This document shows positions 47,701-57,477 of a DNA stretch of 64,000 nt, piece by piece (within the stretch, counting starts at the first letter, position 1; every line of letters begins with the position of its first letter). Origin of the DNA: an uncultured Porphyromonadaceae bacterium. Lineage in GTDB: Bacteria > Bacteroidota > Bacteroidia > Bacteroidales > UBA12481. Where the stretch lies: NCBI GenBank assembly GCA_964355105.1, contig CAYHCO010000006.1:102378-166377 (forward strand). Direction: 5' to 3'. Below the pieces are notes generated by a model. The model was not told where the DNA came from. It worked only from the letters and a program-made list of their open reading frames with translations, and did no database searches. The translations under genes and the position numbers were made by a program.

Positions 47701-47867
47701 ATGGTACCTTTTGTAGTGCCTTTCTCAGCAATTGAAACCGCCGGGATAGCATTTCCCATCTTGTCCCTTACCGCACCCGTAACCAATATTTCCTGAGCGA
47801 AAAGTGTGGAAAAATTGAAAAGGACCAGTACAGCCAGGACTAGAATTGTATTTAATTTCCGACTCAT
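44736..47867 (-). CDS. SusC/RagA-family TonB-dependent outer-membrane transporter
   Basis: CarboxypepD_reg-like N-domain ([37 protein letters not shown]). Plug region ([52 protein letters not shown]). C-terminal ...LGLNVEF. 1043 aa. Confidence 0.92.
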   Translation of the reverse strand: [1043 protein letters not shown]

Positions 47868-47902
47868 GATCTTATTTTTTAGAAGTTTTATTTAATTATC
47901 AG

Positions 47903-49054
47903 CTATTCAACAATCTTTACCGAGATCTCATCGATATAAACCTTGCTGTCGGCATCTCCGCCCAGGATAATATCCGGGAAGAAGTTGCTTCTTGTTTTTC
48001 CGTTATCCGGCACAATAACCCGGATGGAAACTTTGGTCCATGTAGTGGTAATATTCAAGGGAAGAGTAAGTCCGGAAATGTCATAAAATTCTTCATATCC
48101 CTCAGCGACACCTGTTTTCGCGAATACCGGGCTCCATTCAGGCAAATGGTTAACTCCTCTGAAAACATCCAATCGAATAGGACTTTCGGCCCTTACATAC
48201 ATACTAACGGTATATTCATGGCCATTTTCAAGGGCAATCATATTGTTCGGGAAGTCGCGACTTATGATCTGACCCCAGCCCCACGCGCCTTTGAAATCAA
48301 TGAAAGAGGTAAAATCAGTTCCATTGGCTCCGCCAGCCACCACGGTGTATGGGAAGGCTGATCCCTTCCAGGTTTGCCAATCCACAGCATTTCCAATGCC
48401 GGTCTCAAAATTACCATTCAGACAAAGCTCGGGAGGACCTACCTGCAAACTCGCTTCCTTCGTTGCGGTGCTGCCATCCGCTGCCCTGGAGATCGTCAGT
48501 TTTACCTTAACAGGATTATTCACGTTAAAAACCACGGTTGGATTTTGGTCTGTTGATGTTGCAGGCACCCCACCTTCAAACTCCCAATTCCAACCCGTAG
48601 GCTGACCAATTGATTTGTCAGTGAAAGTTACTGACTCACCGACCTTGATTTTTGTGGCTGACATATCAAAACCAGCAACCAAAATGGGGAACACCGTAAT
48701 CGCAAAGTTCATGGTTTCGGTGGTTCCATCATAATACACAACTTTCAGGCTTGGGGTTATAGCTCCTTCGTCGGAGAAGATAACCTCAACTTCCGGCTTG
48801 TCAGATGTTGCCGGATCGCCCCCGGGGAAAGTCCACAAGCGGTTTTCCACACCCAGTGACAGATCGGTAAAGGTGATGCTGCCCCCATTGGCTACAGTCG
48901 CCTTTGACGACGATATTGCCTTCAATTCCTTCGTTGTTTCCTGCTTTTTCCCATAATCCTTTTCACAGGAACTCAGGAAAAAAAGCGGCATGATTGCAAG
49001 AATGAGCAAGTACTTCAGAGAAGTATTCCGCTGTAATAACCAGTTGTTTCTCAT
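47903..49054 (-). CDS. lipoprotein with two PKD domains and a CBM4/9-like module (surface glycan-binding candidate)
   Basis: SpII signal FFLSSCEKD. PKD blocks ITFTDLSLGVENRLWTFPGGDPATS and VTFTDKSIGQPTGWNWEFEGGVPATS. C-terminal LCLNGNFETG...IDEISV. Confidence 0.7.
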   Translation of the reverse strand: MRNNWLLQRNTSLKYLLILAIMPLFFLSSCEKDYGKKQETTKELKAISSSKATVANGGSITFTDLSLGVENRLWTFPGGDPATSDKPEVEVIFSDEGAITPSLKVVYYDGTTETMNFAITVFPILVAGFDMSATKIKVGESVTFTDKSIGQPTGWNWEFEGGVPATSTDQNPTVVFNVNNPVKVKLTISRAADGSTATKEASLQVGPPELCLNGNFETGIGNAVDWQTWKGSAFPYTVVAGGANGTDFTSFIDFKGAWGWGQIISRDFPNNMIALENGHEYTVSMYVRAESPIRLDVFRGVNHLPEWSPVFAKTGVAEGYEEFYDISGLTLPLNITTTWTKVSIRVIVPDNGKTRSNFFPDIILGGDADSKVYIDEISVKIVE

Positions 49055-49064
49055 AGTAATCGAT

Positions 49065-50948
49065 TTAATTTGTTAAATGCCTGTTTTCCGATAGGTGAAT
49101 ATCTGTTGATTTCGAGTCAATTTTAATTGATCCTGTCTTGCTATTGAGCGCCTGATAAGAGTTGCCTTTTATTGAAATCCGGTTGCAATTCTCAATCCTG
49201 AGATTTGGCACCTCAGGGAATATCGGCGGATAGGTTGCTGTTTGTGTAATCTGATTACCCTCAAAACTCAGTCCGTCAACCGAAATGGCCCACAATATAG
49301 ATGCGTCAAAGGTATTGATGGTGTTATTCCGAATAGTGATATTCCGGCTGTATTTACCCACGATATGGTCGGGAGACTCGTAGGCCGGACCGATTTGAAT
49401 CAGCGCCTGAGCTCCGTTCCCTCCATATACACAATCCTGAAAAATATTATTTTCAATCAACAAGTTATTGCAAGGGCCCGATTCATTCCAAAGCCCCAGA
49501 TCACCGGTGATCAGCAAGGCGCACATTTGTGAAGAAAAATAATTATCGCGGATAATGACCGGTCGGGGTGTTGAAATCAGAAGACTTCTGGCCCGGTTAT
49601 TTCGGACAATCGTGTTTTCTATAATTGCCGAAGGATACCATGAAATATTTTCCACACCGTAGTATAGTTCGACCTTGCCCTTAATGGATTCGTTGAAAGT
49701 TAATATTGAGATTTTTTCGTTAACGCGCTCCACCTGGGTCAGCACAAGGGGTTCCGTGGTGGGGACCAAAAAATCCTTATGGATGATTTGGACGCTGTCC
49801 CCAACTTCGCCAAACAAATAATCATTTTGATGGGGATGGTATGTTTCGACGGCAAGTCGGTGATCATCCAAAATTTTGTTTACCCTGACATAGGTACCAT
49901 GTATATTGGTTGCATCGTCGAGCATGTTCTCAAATGTGCAATTCCTGATCGTAATTAAGCCTTTACAGTTGCAAAAATGGGTTGCATCCGCCGTGGTGGT
50001 TACCAGGCGTTTGTCTCCGGCCTTCAATACCACGTTAAATCCATCCAGGGTTATGTCAGCGCAGCGTTCAGCAATCAAGCCCATCGCCCCGGCATGGTAA
50101 ACGTTAACATCCTTAAAATAAATGTCCTGACTCTTAAATAATCGAAATCCCGGGTTTTGGCGATTGTACAGGTACTCACCTATAGAAATGAAGACCGTTC
50201 CAACCGGCGGCACTTTGGGGTAACGAGTGGTTAACCTTACGGTACCCGGTACCAATTCCACGGCTGGAAAAGGGAATACGTCAAATCCGCTGTATTTCTC
50301 ATGGTCGTACAAAGGTGCCTTTGTTGCCTGGTCCCATATAATGTTTAACCCGACTAACTGGTCGTACTTCTCTCCCTTGGTAAAAGCAAATCCATATTTC
50401 TGTTCGTAGGGCGAGTTTTCCCGTTCCAATGAAAGATAGAGATGTCCGTCACTTATTTTATAAGGCGTTTGTATTTCTATGTCGAAAGTATTTTCAGCCT
50501 GGTTATTGTTTACCACATTGCCCTGTAAATGGAAAGGCACTTCCCAGTTTATGCTTAGGTTTTTGATCGTAAGGTCTTTACTCTCTTCAATTATAAAAGG
50601 AAGCATCTTCCCGTGAAAGATGAATTCAGACCCGTTGCCATCGATTTCAAAGCCGGCCATACCAATCAGCGGGAATGCCGTCCTTCTCAAACCATTATCA
50701 TTGTTGGTAATGGCGCAATACCGGTCAGGAGCGAACGTCGGATAGAAATGATAGGTCCCTTTAGGAAATGTTAATTTAGCGATCCCCTTCTGCCTGCACT
50801 CCCTGATAGCCTGAACAACGACAGGCGTTGCATCGCTGCAATCAAGAATACCCCTGTCGCCCAAATACAGTTCACCTATACTCTCGTTCGATGTACAGCC
50901 AAAACATGTCAGGAGGATCAGCAGGAAGGAAGTGTTCTTTTTGACCAT
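49065..50948 (-). CDS. right-handed beta-helix glycoside hydrolase, GH110-like (alpha-1,3-galactosidase family suspected)
   Basis: Lipoprotein signal LLILLTCFGC. The N-terminal block ATPVVVQAIRECRQKGIAKLTFPKGTYHFYP...ITNNDNGLRRTAFPLIGMAGFEIDGNGSEFIFHG resembles GH110 enzymes as I recall them. Repeated NN/IxN beta-helix rungs follow. Confidence 0.5.
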   Translation of the reverse strand: MVKKNTSFLLILLTCFGCTSNESIGELYLGDRGILDCSDATPVVVQAIRECRQKGIAKLTFPKGTYHFYPTFAPDRYCAITNNDNGLRRTAFPLIGMAGFEIDGNGSEFIFHGKMLPFIIEESKDLTIKNLSINWEVPFHLQGNVVNNNQAENTFDIEIQTPYKISDGHLYLSLERENSPYEQKYGFAFTKGEKYDQLVGLNIIWDQATKAPLYDHEKYSGFDVFPFPAVELVPGTVRLTTRYPKVPPVGTVFISIGEYLYNRQNPGFRLFKSQDIYFKDVNVYHAGAMGLIAERCADITLDGFNVVLKAGDKRLVTTTADATHFCNCKGLITIRNCTFENMLDDATNIHGTYVRVNKILDDHRLAVETYHPHQNDYLFGEVGDSVQIIHKDFLVPTTEPLVLTQVERVNEKISILTFNESIKGKVELYYGVENISWYPSAIIENTIVRNNRARSLLISTPRPVIIRDNYFSSQMCALLITGDLGLWNESGPCNNLLIENNIFQDCVYGGNGAQALIQIGPAYESPDHIVGKYSRNITIRNNTINTFDASILWAISVDGLSFEGNQITQTATYPPIFPEVPNLRIENCNRISIKGNSYQALNSKTGSIKIDSKSTDIHLSENRHLTN

Positions 50949-51224
50949 AGGTTTTCAGCTAGTTACGGTTGGTTAATTTTTGGTTGAAAATTATTGCGAA
51001 AGAGAGGATCGAACCGCCTGTGCTGTAACAAGAACAGTTGCAAATGTAACATTGCCATATCGACCCCTAATGAGTTTTAAATTCTTGTATTTCAAGCTAT
51101 TTCGACCGAGTAAGCCGCCGGTTTGGTAATCAGTTCATGGAATCCCGAACAGAAAATGACCGTTTGCCCGGGGTGAACATGCAGAATGTTTGGCTATTTT
51201 CACCATCGGTAAATCGAGGTAAAC

Positions 51225-54200
51225 ATGAGAATGTCTTTGATAATAATCCGGTTACTGGTGGCACTGCTGATCATTGCACTTCCAGTTCGGCGGAGCGAGG
51301 CGCAATTGCTTTTTAATCGTTTAACCGTCAATGACGGACTTTCGCAGCATGATGTCAGTTGCATCCTGCAGGATAGTTATGGATTTATCTGGATAGGAAC
51401 TTACGATGGATTGAACCGTTTCGATGGGTATAATGTTGAGAATTACTCTTCCTTAAGCAAGAATCCTGAAAGCATATCGGGCAACCGGATCATTTGCCTG
51501 TTCGAAGATTCACAAAAACGCTTATGGATTGGAACGGATGGAGAAGGACTAAACTATTTCGACTTAAGAACCGAACGCTTCAACCGGATTGAAACCCCCC
51601 AAGGATTCCGGGTCATCAATGATCTGGCTGAAGACAGGAACGGAGACCTCCTGGTGGCTACGTCGAATGGCGTTCTCAAAATCAAACAATCTCCCGCCCT
51701 GTCATCCCCGGAACTTCTTCAACTGCCTTTAACCAGCATGATAATCAATCAAATAGCTATAAGTAAGTCCGGGGTTTTCTTTGCCACAAACGATGGACTT
51801 TGGCAGATGAAAGATGACCTGTGCAAACAGGTTGAAGGAACCGGGAACAGGTTCATTACTTCCGTCATTGCCGACATTGATGAAAAGATCTGGTTTGGGG
51901 CACAAGGCTTTCTGGGATATCTCTCCAGTCAGAATGATTTTTCCAACCTGGCAGAAATCGCAATCGGAGACGAGGCTGAAATCACTTCGCTTTGTGCATC
52001 GGAGGATAATAGTACCATTTGGGTTGGCACCTTAAAAAACGGACTCTATAAGCTTGATATTTCCGAAAAGCGGATTACCGATAACATTACAAGCGACTAC
52101 AAGCAGGATAGAAGCCTGTTAACCAATAGTATCCTGTCGCAGTATTGCGACCATTCCAATACCCTGTGGGTGGCAAACAGGAAAGGGGTATGCTATGCCG
52201 CCCTATCCATCAAAAACTTCGAACAGATCCCCCTCAACCTGGATCTCTCTTCATCCCGGCATATACGGACACTATTATATAGTAAACAGAATATTTATTT
52301 CGGAATACAAAATGAGGGATGCTTCGTTTTCAACATTGGAAAGCAGGTCACCACCAAACTTGATCTGCCCCGCAACATCTTCCCCAATCATTTCGACAAA
52401 TACGACAACAATATCTACCTGATGAGTAATCTGGGTGTGTTTTATTCGGGTGAAAACGAGCACAATTTCAGGCAACTCAAGCTAACCACGGGGCATGAAG
52501 AAAGTCAGACTCCGAATGTTTTTTCCATGTGCCGGGATAAGTCCGGGAATTTCTATTACGGCACCTATAACGGGCTAATCATCCAATCGCAAGGTGAATG
52601 CGACTGGGCCCATTACCTGTATGAAAAGGCTGATTTGCTTCGCAACAAACGCATCTTCACACTTTTATACGATAGTTTAGCCAATTGTATATGGGTCGGG
52701 ACCATTTCTGACGGGATCTACAAAATCAACCTGACCGAACAGGGGAAATTGCAATCGCTGGAATGGTATAACCGCTCCATGTCAAATGATTACCATCTTG
52801 CCAACAACACAATCTGGTGTTTTTATACCGATCAAAACCACAACGTATGGGCGGGCACCGATGCCGGGTTATTATTAAAGCGAAAGGGAACGAATGAGTT
52901 TTCCCAGATATCGGTCCAGGGAGTCATTGATAAAAAGATTATGGCGATCATTGAGGATCGGCAGGGGAATTTGTGGCTCAGCAATTCACAGGGGATCATT
53001 TCCTATTCTCCGGAATCTCAGCAGGTCCAGACATATTCCTATAGTGACGGGTTATCAACCAGCACGTTTACCGAGGGAGTTGATCAGGACGAAGCAGGCC
53101 GTTTGTATTTTGCCAGTATCAACGGGATCAATGTATTTAATCCGGCCACCATCAGTCAGAGTAATCAAGTCAACGACGTTTTCTTCACCGGCCTAAAAGT
53201 GCACCAGAGTTATATTAAGCCCCAATTGCCTTATCTGGGAAGCGTAATTGCAAAAAAAACGATCAATGAGACAGATTTGATCCGGATAAACTACCGGCAA
53301 AACAATTTTTCGTTTGAATTTGCCGGAACTAACTTCATCAATGCTGAAGAGAACGAGTTCAGGTATAAACTGCAAGGATATGATCCGGAATGGATTCTAA
53401 CAACGGGGAAGCATCCTGTGGCCAGCTATTCAAATCTTGACCCCGACGATTACACCTTTATTGTTGAAGCAGCCAACGATGATGGAATGTGGAGTAATGA
53501 TCCGAAAACAATTCGGGTAAAGGTTACTCCAGCCCCATGGAAAACCCTTTGGGCTTACCTGATATACAGCACTATAGGAATCACTCTGCTGGTTGTTTTT
53601 CTCTATTTCCTTTTTAATCGTCAGAAGCTGATGCACCAGATTAATATTGACCAGCTGAATCGTGAAAAGGAACATAAACTGAATGAATATAAACTCATGT
53701 TTTTCACGGATGTAGCCCATGAGTTCAAAACACCCCTGTCCCTGATTATCGGTCCGCTGAATGATTTAATGGAAAAAGACCTGATCAAGGAAAGAAAAGA
53801 ATTCTGTTTCCAGGTTATTTCGAGAAATACAAAGCGGATGATGTTCCTGGTAAACCAGTTACTCGATTTCAGAAAGATTAATGCTGATATAAATATTCTT
53901 CAGGTCAGGGAAAACAACCTCACTGAATTCATACAAAACACAACAAAGGCGTTTTTATGGCAGGCTCAAAATGAAGACATTCATTTTAATATACTGGTTC
54001 CAAAAGATTTCATGTGTTATTTCGACTCCAACATCACCGAAAAAGTCCTCTATAACATGATATCCAATGCCTTTAAACACACCCCCAAAAAAGGGATTAT
54101 CGAACTGGAAGTCAAACCTGTGTGGAAAGATCAGCTGCAAATGGTGAATATCATGGTACGCGACAGTGGCAAGGGCATCCCGGTTGAAGAAAAGAACAAG

Positions 54201-55229
54201 ATCTTTGAACGATTTTTCCACGGTAAAGATCGCTACTCCTCCGGCATAGGGCTTCATCTCAGCTACACACTCATTAAGGCGCACCGGGGTGAAATAACCG
54301 TTTCGGACAGCAAATACGGCGGTGCCGAATTCATCCTTTCCATACCGGTCTCGCAAAGTGCATTCACTGAGGAAGAGCTGAAAAGTGGTGAAGCTTTAAA
54401 CGAGTGGCCACAGGATTTCTTTAACGGCAGGAATCATGAGGCTAAAGTAACCGCTCCAGAGCGTGAACGGGTGCTGATCGTTGAGGATGATCACGATTTG
54501 AGGGCTTACCTCAATAATTGTCTGCAATCGCGATATCATGTCAGTGAAGCATCCAACGGTATTGAGGGAATAAAAATCGCCATGAAAGAACTGCCCGACA
54601 TCATTATCACCGATGTGATGATGCCCGAGATGGATGGGATTGACATGTGCAGGCAAATCAAAAACTCGATTGAAACATCACACATCCCTATACTGATGCT
54701 TACTGCGAAATCAGATGAGGAATATCAGAAGGATGGTTTGGAATCAGGAGCCTGGGATTACATAACAAAACCCTTCAATACGGGTGCTCTGCTGAAAAAG
54801 ATCGACAACATCATTGAAACCCGGAACCGGTTTAAAACATTTCTGGTTTCACAGAATATTACCGTCGAGGTTAAGAACCACTATACCACCTTCGACCAGA
54901 AAATCATCAGCAAATTAACTGAAACGATCCAGCTGCACCTCGACGATGCAGAGTATTCGGTCGAGGAATTGGCCAGGGAAATCGGGTTAAGCAGGATGCA
55001 GTTGCACAGAAAACTCAAGACGTTGATTGGCCAGACCACCACCGGCTTCATCAATTCAATGCGCATTTCGCACGCCCGGTATCTGTTTGACAATGGATGC
55101 GACCGGATACAGGATGCGATGACAGCAGTTGGCATAAACAGCTACTCCCACTTTAATAATATCTTCAGGAAGATTGTCGGGGAAAGCCCGTCAGAATACC
55201 TGGCAAAAGTTAAAAAGAGACAAACGTAA
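51225..55229 (+). CDS. hybrid two-component system sensor kinase/response regulator with AraC-type HTH (HTCS)
   Basis: 1334 aa. Periplasmic propeller repeats (IWIGTYDGLNRF, LWIGTDGEGLNYF...) and a Y_Y_Y region. TM helix. HisKA FTDVAHEFKTPLSLI. HATPase (DSGKGIP, GIGLHL). Receiver VLIVEDDHDLRAYL...IITDVMMPEMDG. C-terminal AraC HTH. Confidence 0.92.
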   Translation: MRMSLIIIRLLVALLIIALPVRRSEAQLLFNRLTVNDGLSQHDVSCILQDSYGFIWIGTYDGLNRFDGYNVENYSSLSKNPESISGNRIICLFEDSQKRLWIGTDGEGLNYFDLRTERFNRIETPQGFRVINDLAEDRNGDLLVATSNGVLKIKQSPALSSPELLQLPLTSMIINQIAISKSGVFFATNDGLWQMKDDLCKQVEGTGNRFITSVIADIDEKIWFGAQGFLGYLSSQNDFSNLAEIAIGDEAEITSLCASEDNSTIWVGTLKNGLYKLDISEKRITDNITSDYKQDRSLLTNSILSQYCDHSNTLWVANRKGVCYAALSIKNFEQIPLNLDLSSSRHIRTLLYSKQNIYFGIQNEGCFVFNIGKQVTTKLDLPRNIFPNHFDKYDNNIYLMSNLGVFYSGENEHNFRQLKLTTGHEESQTPNVFSMCRDKSGNFYYGTYNGLIIQSQGECDWAHYLYEKADLLRNKRIFTLLYDSLANCIWVGTISDGIYKINLTEQGKLQSLEWYNRSMSNDYHLANNTIWCFYTDQNHNVWAGTDAGLLLKRKGTNEFSQISVQGVIDKKIMAIIEDRQGNLWLSNSQGIISYSPESQQVQTYSYSDGLSTSTFTEGVDQDEAGRLYFASINGINVFNPATISQSNQVNDVFFTGLKVHQSYIKPQLPYLGSVIAKKTINETDLIRINYRQNNFSFEFAGTNFINAEENEFRYKLQGYDPEWILTTGKHPVASYSNLDPDDYTFIVEAANDDGMWSNDPKTIRVKVTPAPWKTLWAYLIYSTIGITLLVVFLYFLFNRQKLMHQINIDQLNREKEHKLNEYKLMFFTDVAHEFKTPLSLIIGPLNDLMEKDLIKERKEFCFQVISRNTKRMMFLVNQLLDFRKINADINILQVRENNLTEFIQNTTKAFLWQAQNEDIHFNILVPKDFMCYFDSNITEKVLYNMISNAFKHTPKKGIIELEVKPVWKDQLQMVNIMVRDSGKGIPVEEKNKIFERFFHGKDRYSSGIGLHLSYTLIKAHRGEITVSDSKYGGAEFILSIPVSQSAFTEEELKSGEALNEWPQDFFNGRNHEAKVTAPERERVLIVEDDHDLRAYLNNCLQSRYHVSEASNGIEGIKIAMKELPDIIITDVMMPEMDGIDMCRQIKNSIETSHIPILMLTAKSDEEYQKDGLESGAWDYITKPFNTGALLKKIDNIIETRNRFKTFLVSQNITVEVKNHYTTFDQKIISKLTETIQLHLDDAEYSVEELAREIGLSRMQLHRKLKTLIGQTTTGFINSMRISHARYLFDNGCDRIQDAMTAVGINSYSHFNNIFRKIVGESPSEYLAKVKKRQT

Positions 55230-55242
55230 CTAAGTTAAAAAC

Positions 55243-57477
55243 ATGAAAAAATCAGCTTGGCTTTACCTGTTCCTGATCATGGCCTTTTCGACTGAGACCT
55301 ATTCACAGGAAAACATCAATAAAAACTTATTCAGGCCGTTAACTGAAGAGTTGCCTACACCGAACCAGTACCGGACAGCCAGCGGTCGTCCCGGAAGCGG
55401 ATATTTCCAGCAACAGGTCGACTACCTGATGGATATCAAACTCGATGAGATAAAAAAGACGGTTTCAGGTACCGAGGTGATTACTTACAGGAACAATTCC
55501 CCGGAAACGCTGAGCTACCTCTATATCCAGCTCGACCAGAATATTTATGAGCCAAATTCCCTGGGGAGTAAAATCGGAACTTCCGAAATGGCCATCCAGC
55601 AGTCCGCATCAAACATCATGCGGATGAACAGCAAGTTTGACGGTGGTTTCCAGCTGGGTGCGGTTACCTCCGGCGACGGCACAGTTCTTCAAACAGTCAA
55701 GAACCACACGATACTGAAAATTCTGCTTAATGCCCCCCTGCTACCCGGCAAATCGACGCAGTTAAACCTGAAATGGGAATATAACCTGAACAATATGAGA
55801 ACGCAGGGAGGCCGGTCGGGGTATGATCCTTTCGAGGGCCAGGATGAAAGCACTTATGCCATTGCGCAGTTTTACCCGCGTTTATGCGTTTTCAATGATC
55901 AGGGATGGCAGATCAAGCAATTTATTGATGCTGAATTCGCCCTGGAATTCGGCAATTTTGATGTGACCATTACCGTACCCGCTGACCATACCGTGGCGGC
56001 TACCGGTGTACTGCAGAATGGCAGCACGGTTTTGACCCCCAAAATGGCTGCGAGGCTTGAGCAGGCAAAAAAATCTGAAGTGCCGGTGTTCATAATAACA
56101 GAAGATGAGGCTATAACCAATGAGAAGAGCCGGTCTACCCAGTCGAAAAGCTGGCGTTTCAAGGCTGAGAATGTTCGTGATTTTGCCTTTGCCAGCTCCC
56201 GCAAATTCATCTGGGATGCCATGAGTGTTCCTTTCAAGAATAATCGCGTGCTGGCCATGTCGTTTTATTCCCGGGAGAGCAACCCGTTGTGGAGCCAGTA
56301 TGCGGTAAAAACCGTTGCCCATACCATCAGGTCCTATTCAAAATACACCTTCGATTATCCCTACCCCGTGGCACAGGCGGTTGATGCAAGCCTCGGCATG
56401 GAATACCCGATGATTGCCTTCTGCGGCGGACGGCCGAATGCCGATGGCAGTTATGCCAAAGGAACGCGCGACTGGGTTATCGGTGTGATCAGGCATGAAG
56501 TCGGGCACAATTATTTTCCGATGATCGTGAACAGCGATGAGAGGCAATGGGCCTGGATGGACGAAGGATTCAACATTTTCATCCAGGGAATTTCCGAGCG
56601 CGATTGGGACCTTAACCAGAGCTGGTCGGGCAAACCCACTGAAATGATCGGGTACATGAACAGCCCCAAAAACACCCAGGTACCCCTCATGACCGATGCC
56701 GATGCATTGCTGCAGGGAGGGATGAACAGTTACCGCAAGCCGGCGTCGGGCCTCAATATCCTCCGTGAAACCATCCTGGGTCGCGAGCTGTTCGATCAGG
56801 CTTTTAAGGAATACGCCAGTACTTGGATGTTCAAGCATCCGCAGCCCGCCGATTTCTTTCGCATCATGGAAGATGCCTCCGGTGTGGACCTCGACTGGTT
56901 CTGGCGCGAATGGTTCTTCACAACCGATCATGTTGACCTGTCCATCAGCAATGTGACTGTTTTTGAGCCAGTTTTTGATGAGCAATCAGCCATGAAGGCA
57001 GCACAATACAAAAGTAAGCTGATCAGACCCGACATTGCCACCATCCGCGATCGGGGTCAGTTTGTAAGCGAGATCGACCGCGACAAGAGCCTGCGTGACA
57101 AGTACAATGAACCCGAACCGGTATTAACGGCCGAAGAGAAAACCAGAATCGATGCGCTTTACAGCAAATTGACACCTGATGAGATCAAACAACTCAGCAG
57201 CGGTCAGCGGTATTATCAGATCACCTTCAAGGCACTGGGCGGCATGATCATGCCGCTGGTCATCGAATTCGAATTTGAAGATGGGACCACGGATGAAGTC
57301 CGGATACCGGCCGAGATCTGGCTCAGGAATCAGGAGGAGGTCACTAAGGTTTTCATATATGACAAGGAGGTCCGGACTGTCACGCTCGACCCGCACCAGG
57401 AAACCGCCGATGTGGATCCCTCGAATAACCGGTGGCCCCGAAGGACTGACCGGGTATTCTTCACTATACGGAAGTAG
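55243..57477 (+). CDS. M1-family zinc metallopeptidase (aminopeptidase N-like)
   Basis: Signal peptide. Gluzincin motif HEVGHNYFPMIVNSDERQWAWMDEGF (HExxH-x18-E). 744 aa. Confidence 0.85.
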   Translation: MKKSAWLYLFLIMAFSTETYSQENINKNLFRPLTEELPTPNQYRTASGRPGSGYFQQQVDYLMDIKLDEIKKTVSGTEVITYRNNSPETLSYLYIQLDQNIYEPNSLGSKIGTSEMAIQQSASNIMRMNSKFDGGFQLGAVTSGDGTVLQTVKNHTILKILLNAPLLPGKSTQLNLKWEYNLNNMRTQGGRSGYDPFEGQDESTYAIAQFYPRLCVFNDQGWQIKQFIDAEFALEFGNFDVTITVPADHTVAATGVLQNGSTVLTPKMAARLEQAKKSEVPVFIITEDEAITNEKSRSTQSKSWRFKAENVRDFAFASSRKFIWDAMSVPFKNNRVLAMSFYSRESNPLWSQYAVKTVAHTIRSYSKYTFDYPYPVAQAVDASLGMEYPMIAFCGGRPNADGSYAKGTRDWVIGVIRHEVGHNYFPMIVNSDERQWAWMDEGFNIFIQGISERDWDLNQSWSGKPTEMIGYMNSPKNTQVPLMTDADALLQGGMNSYRKPASGLNILRETILGRELFDQAFKEYASTWMFKHPQPADFFRIMEDASGVDLDWFWREWFFTTDHVDLSISNVTVFEPVFDEQSAMKAAQYKSKLIRPDIATIRDRGQFVSEIDRDKSLRDKYNEPEPVLTAEEKTRIDALYSKLTPDEIKQLSSGQRYYQITFKALGGMIMPLVIEFEFEDGTTDEVRIPAEIWLRNQEEVTKVFIYDKEVRTVTLDPHQETADVDPSNNRWPRRTDRVFFTIRK

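Noticed and set aside
50996-51025. tRNA T-arm-like string gagaggatcgaaccgcc (minus-strand sense GGCGGTTCGATCCTCTC) in the GH110/HTCS intergenic region.
   Set aside because: The flanking 5-mers are not complementary, and no acceptor stem, D-arm or anticodon arm can be built on either side. At best it is a tiny relic.
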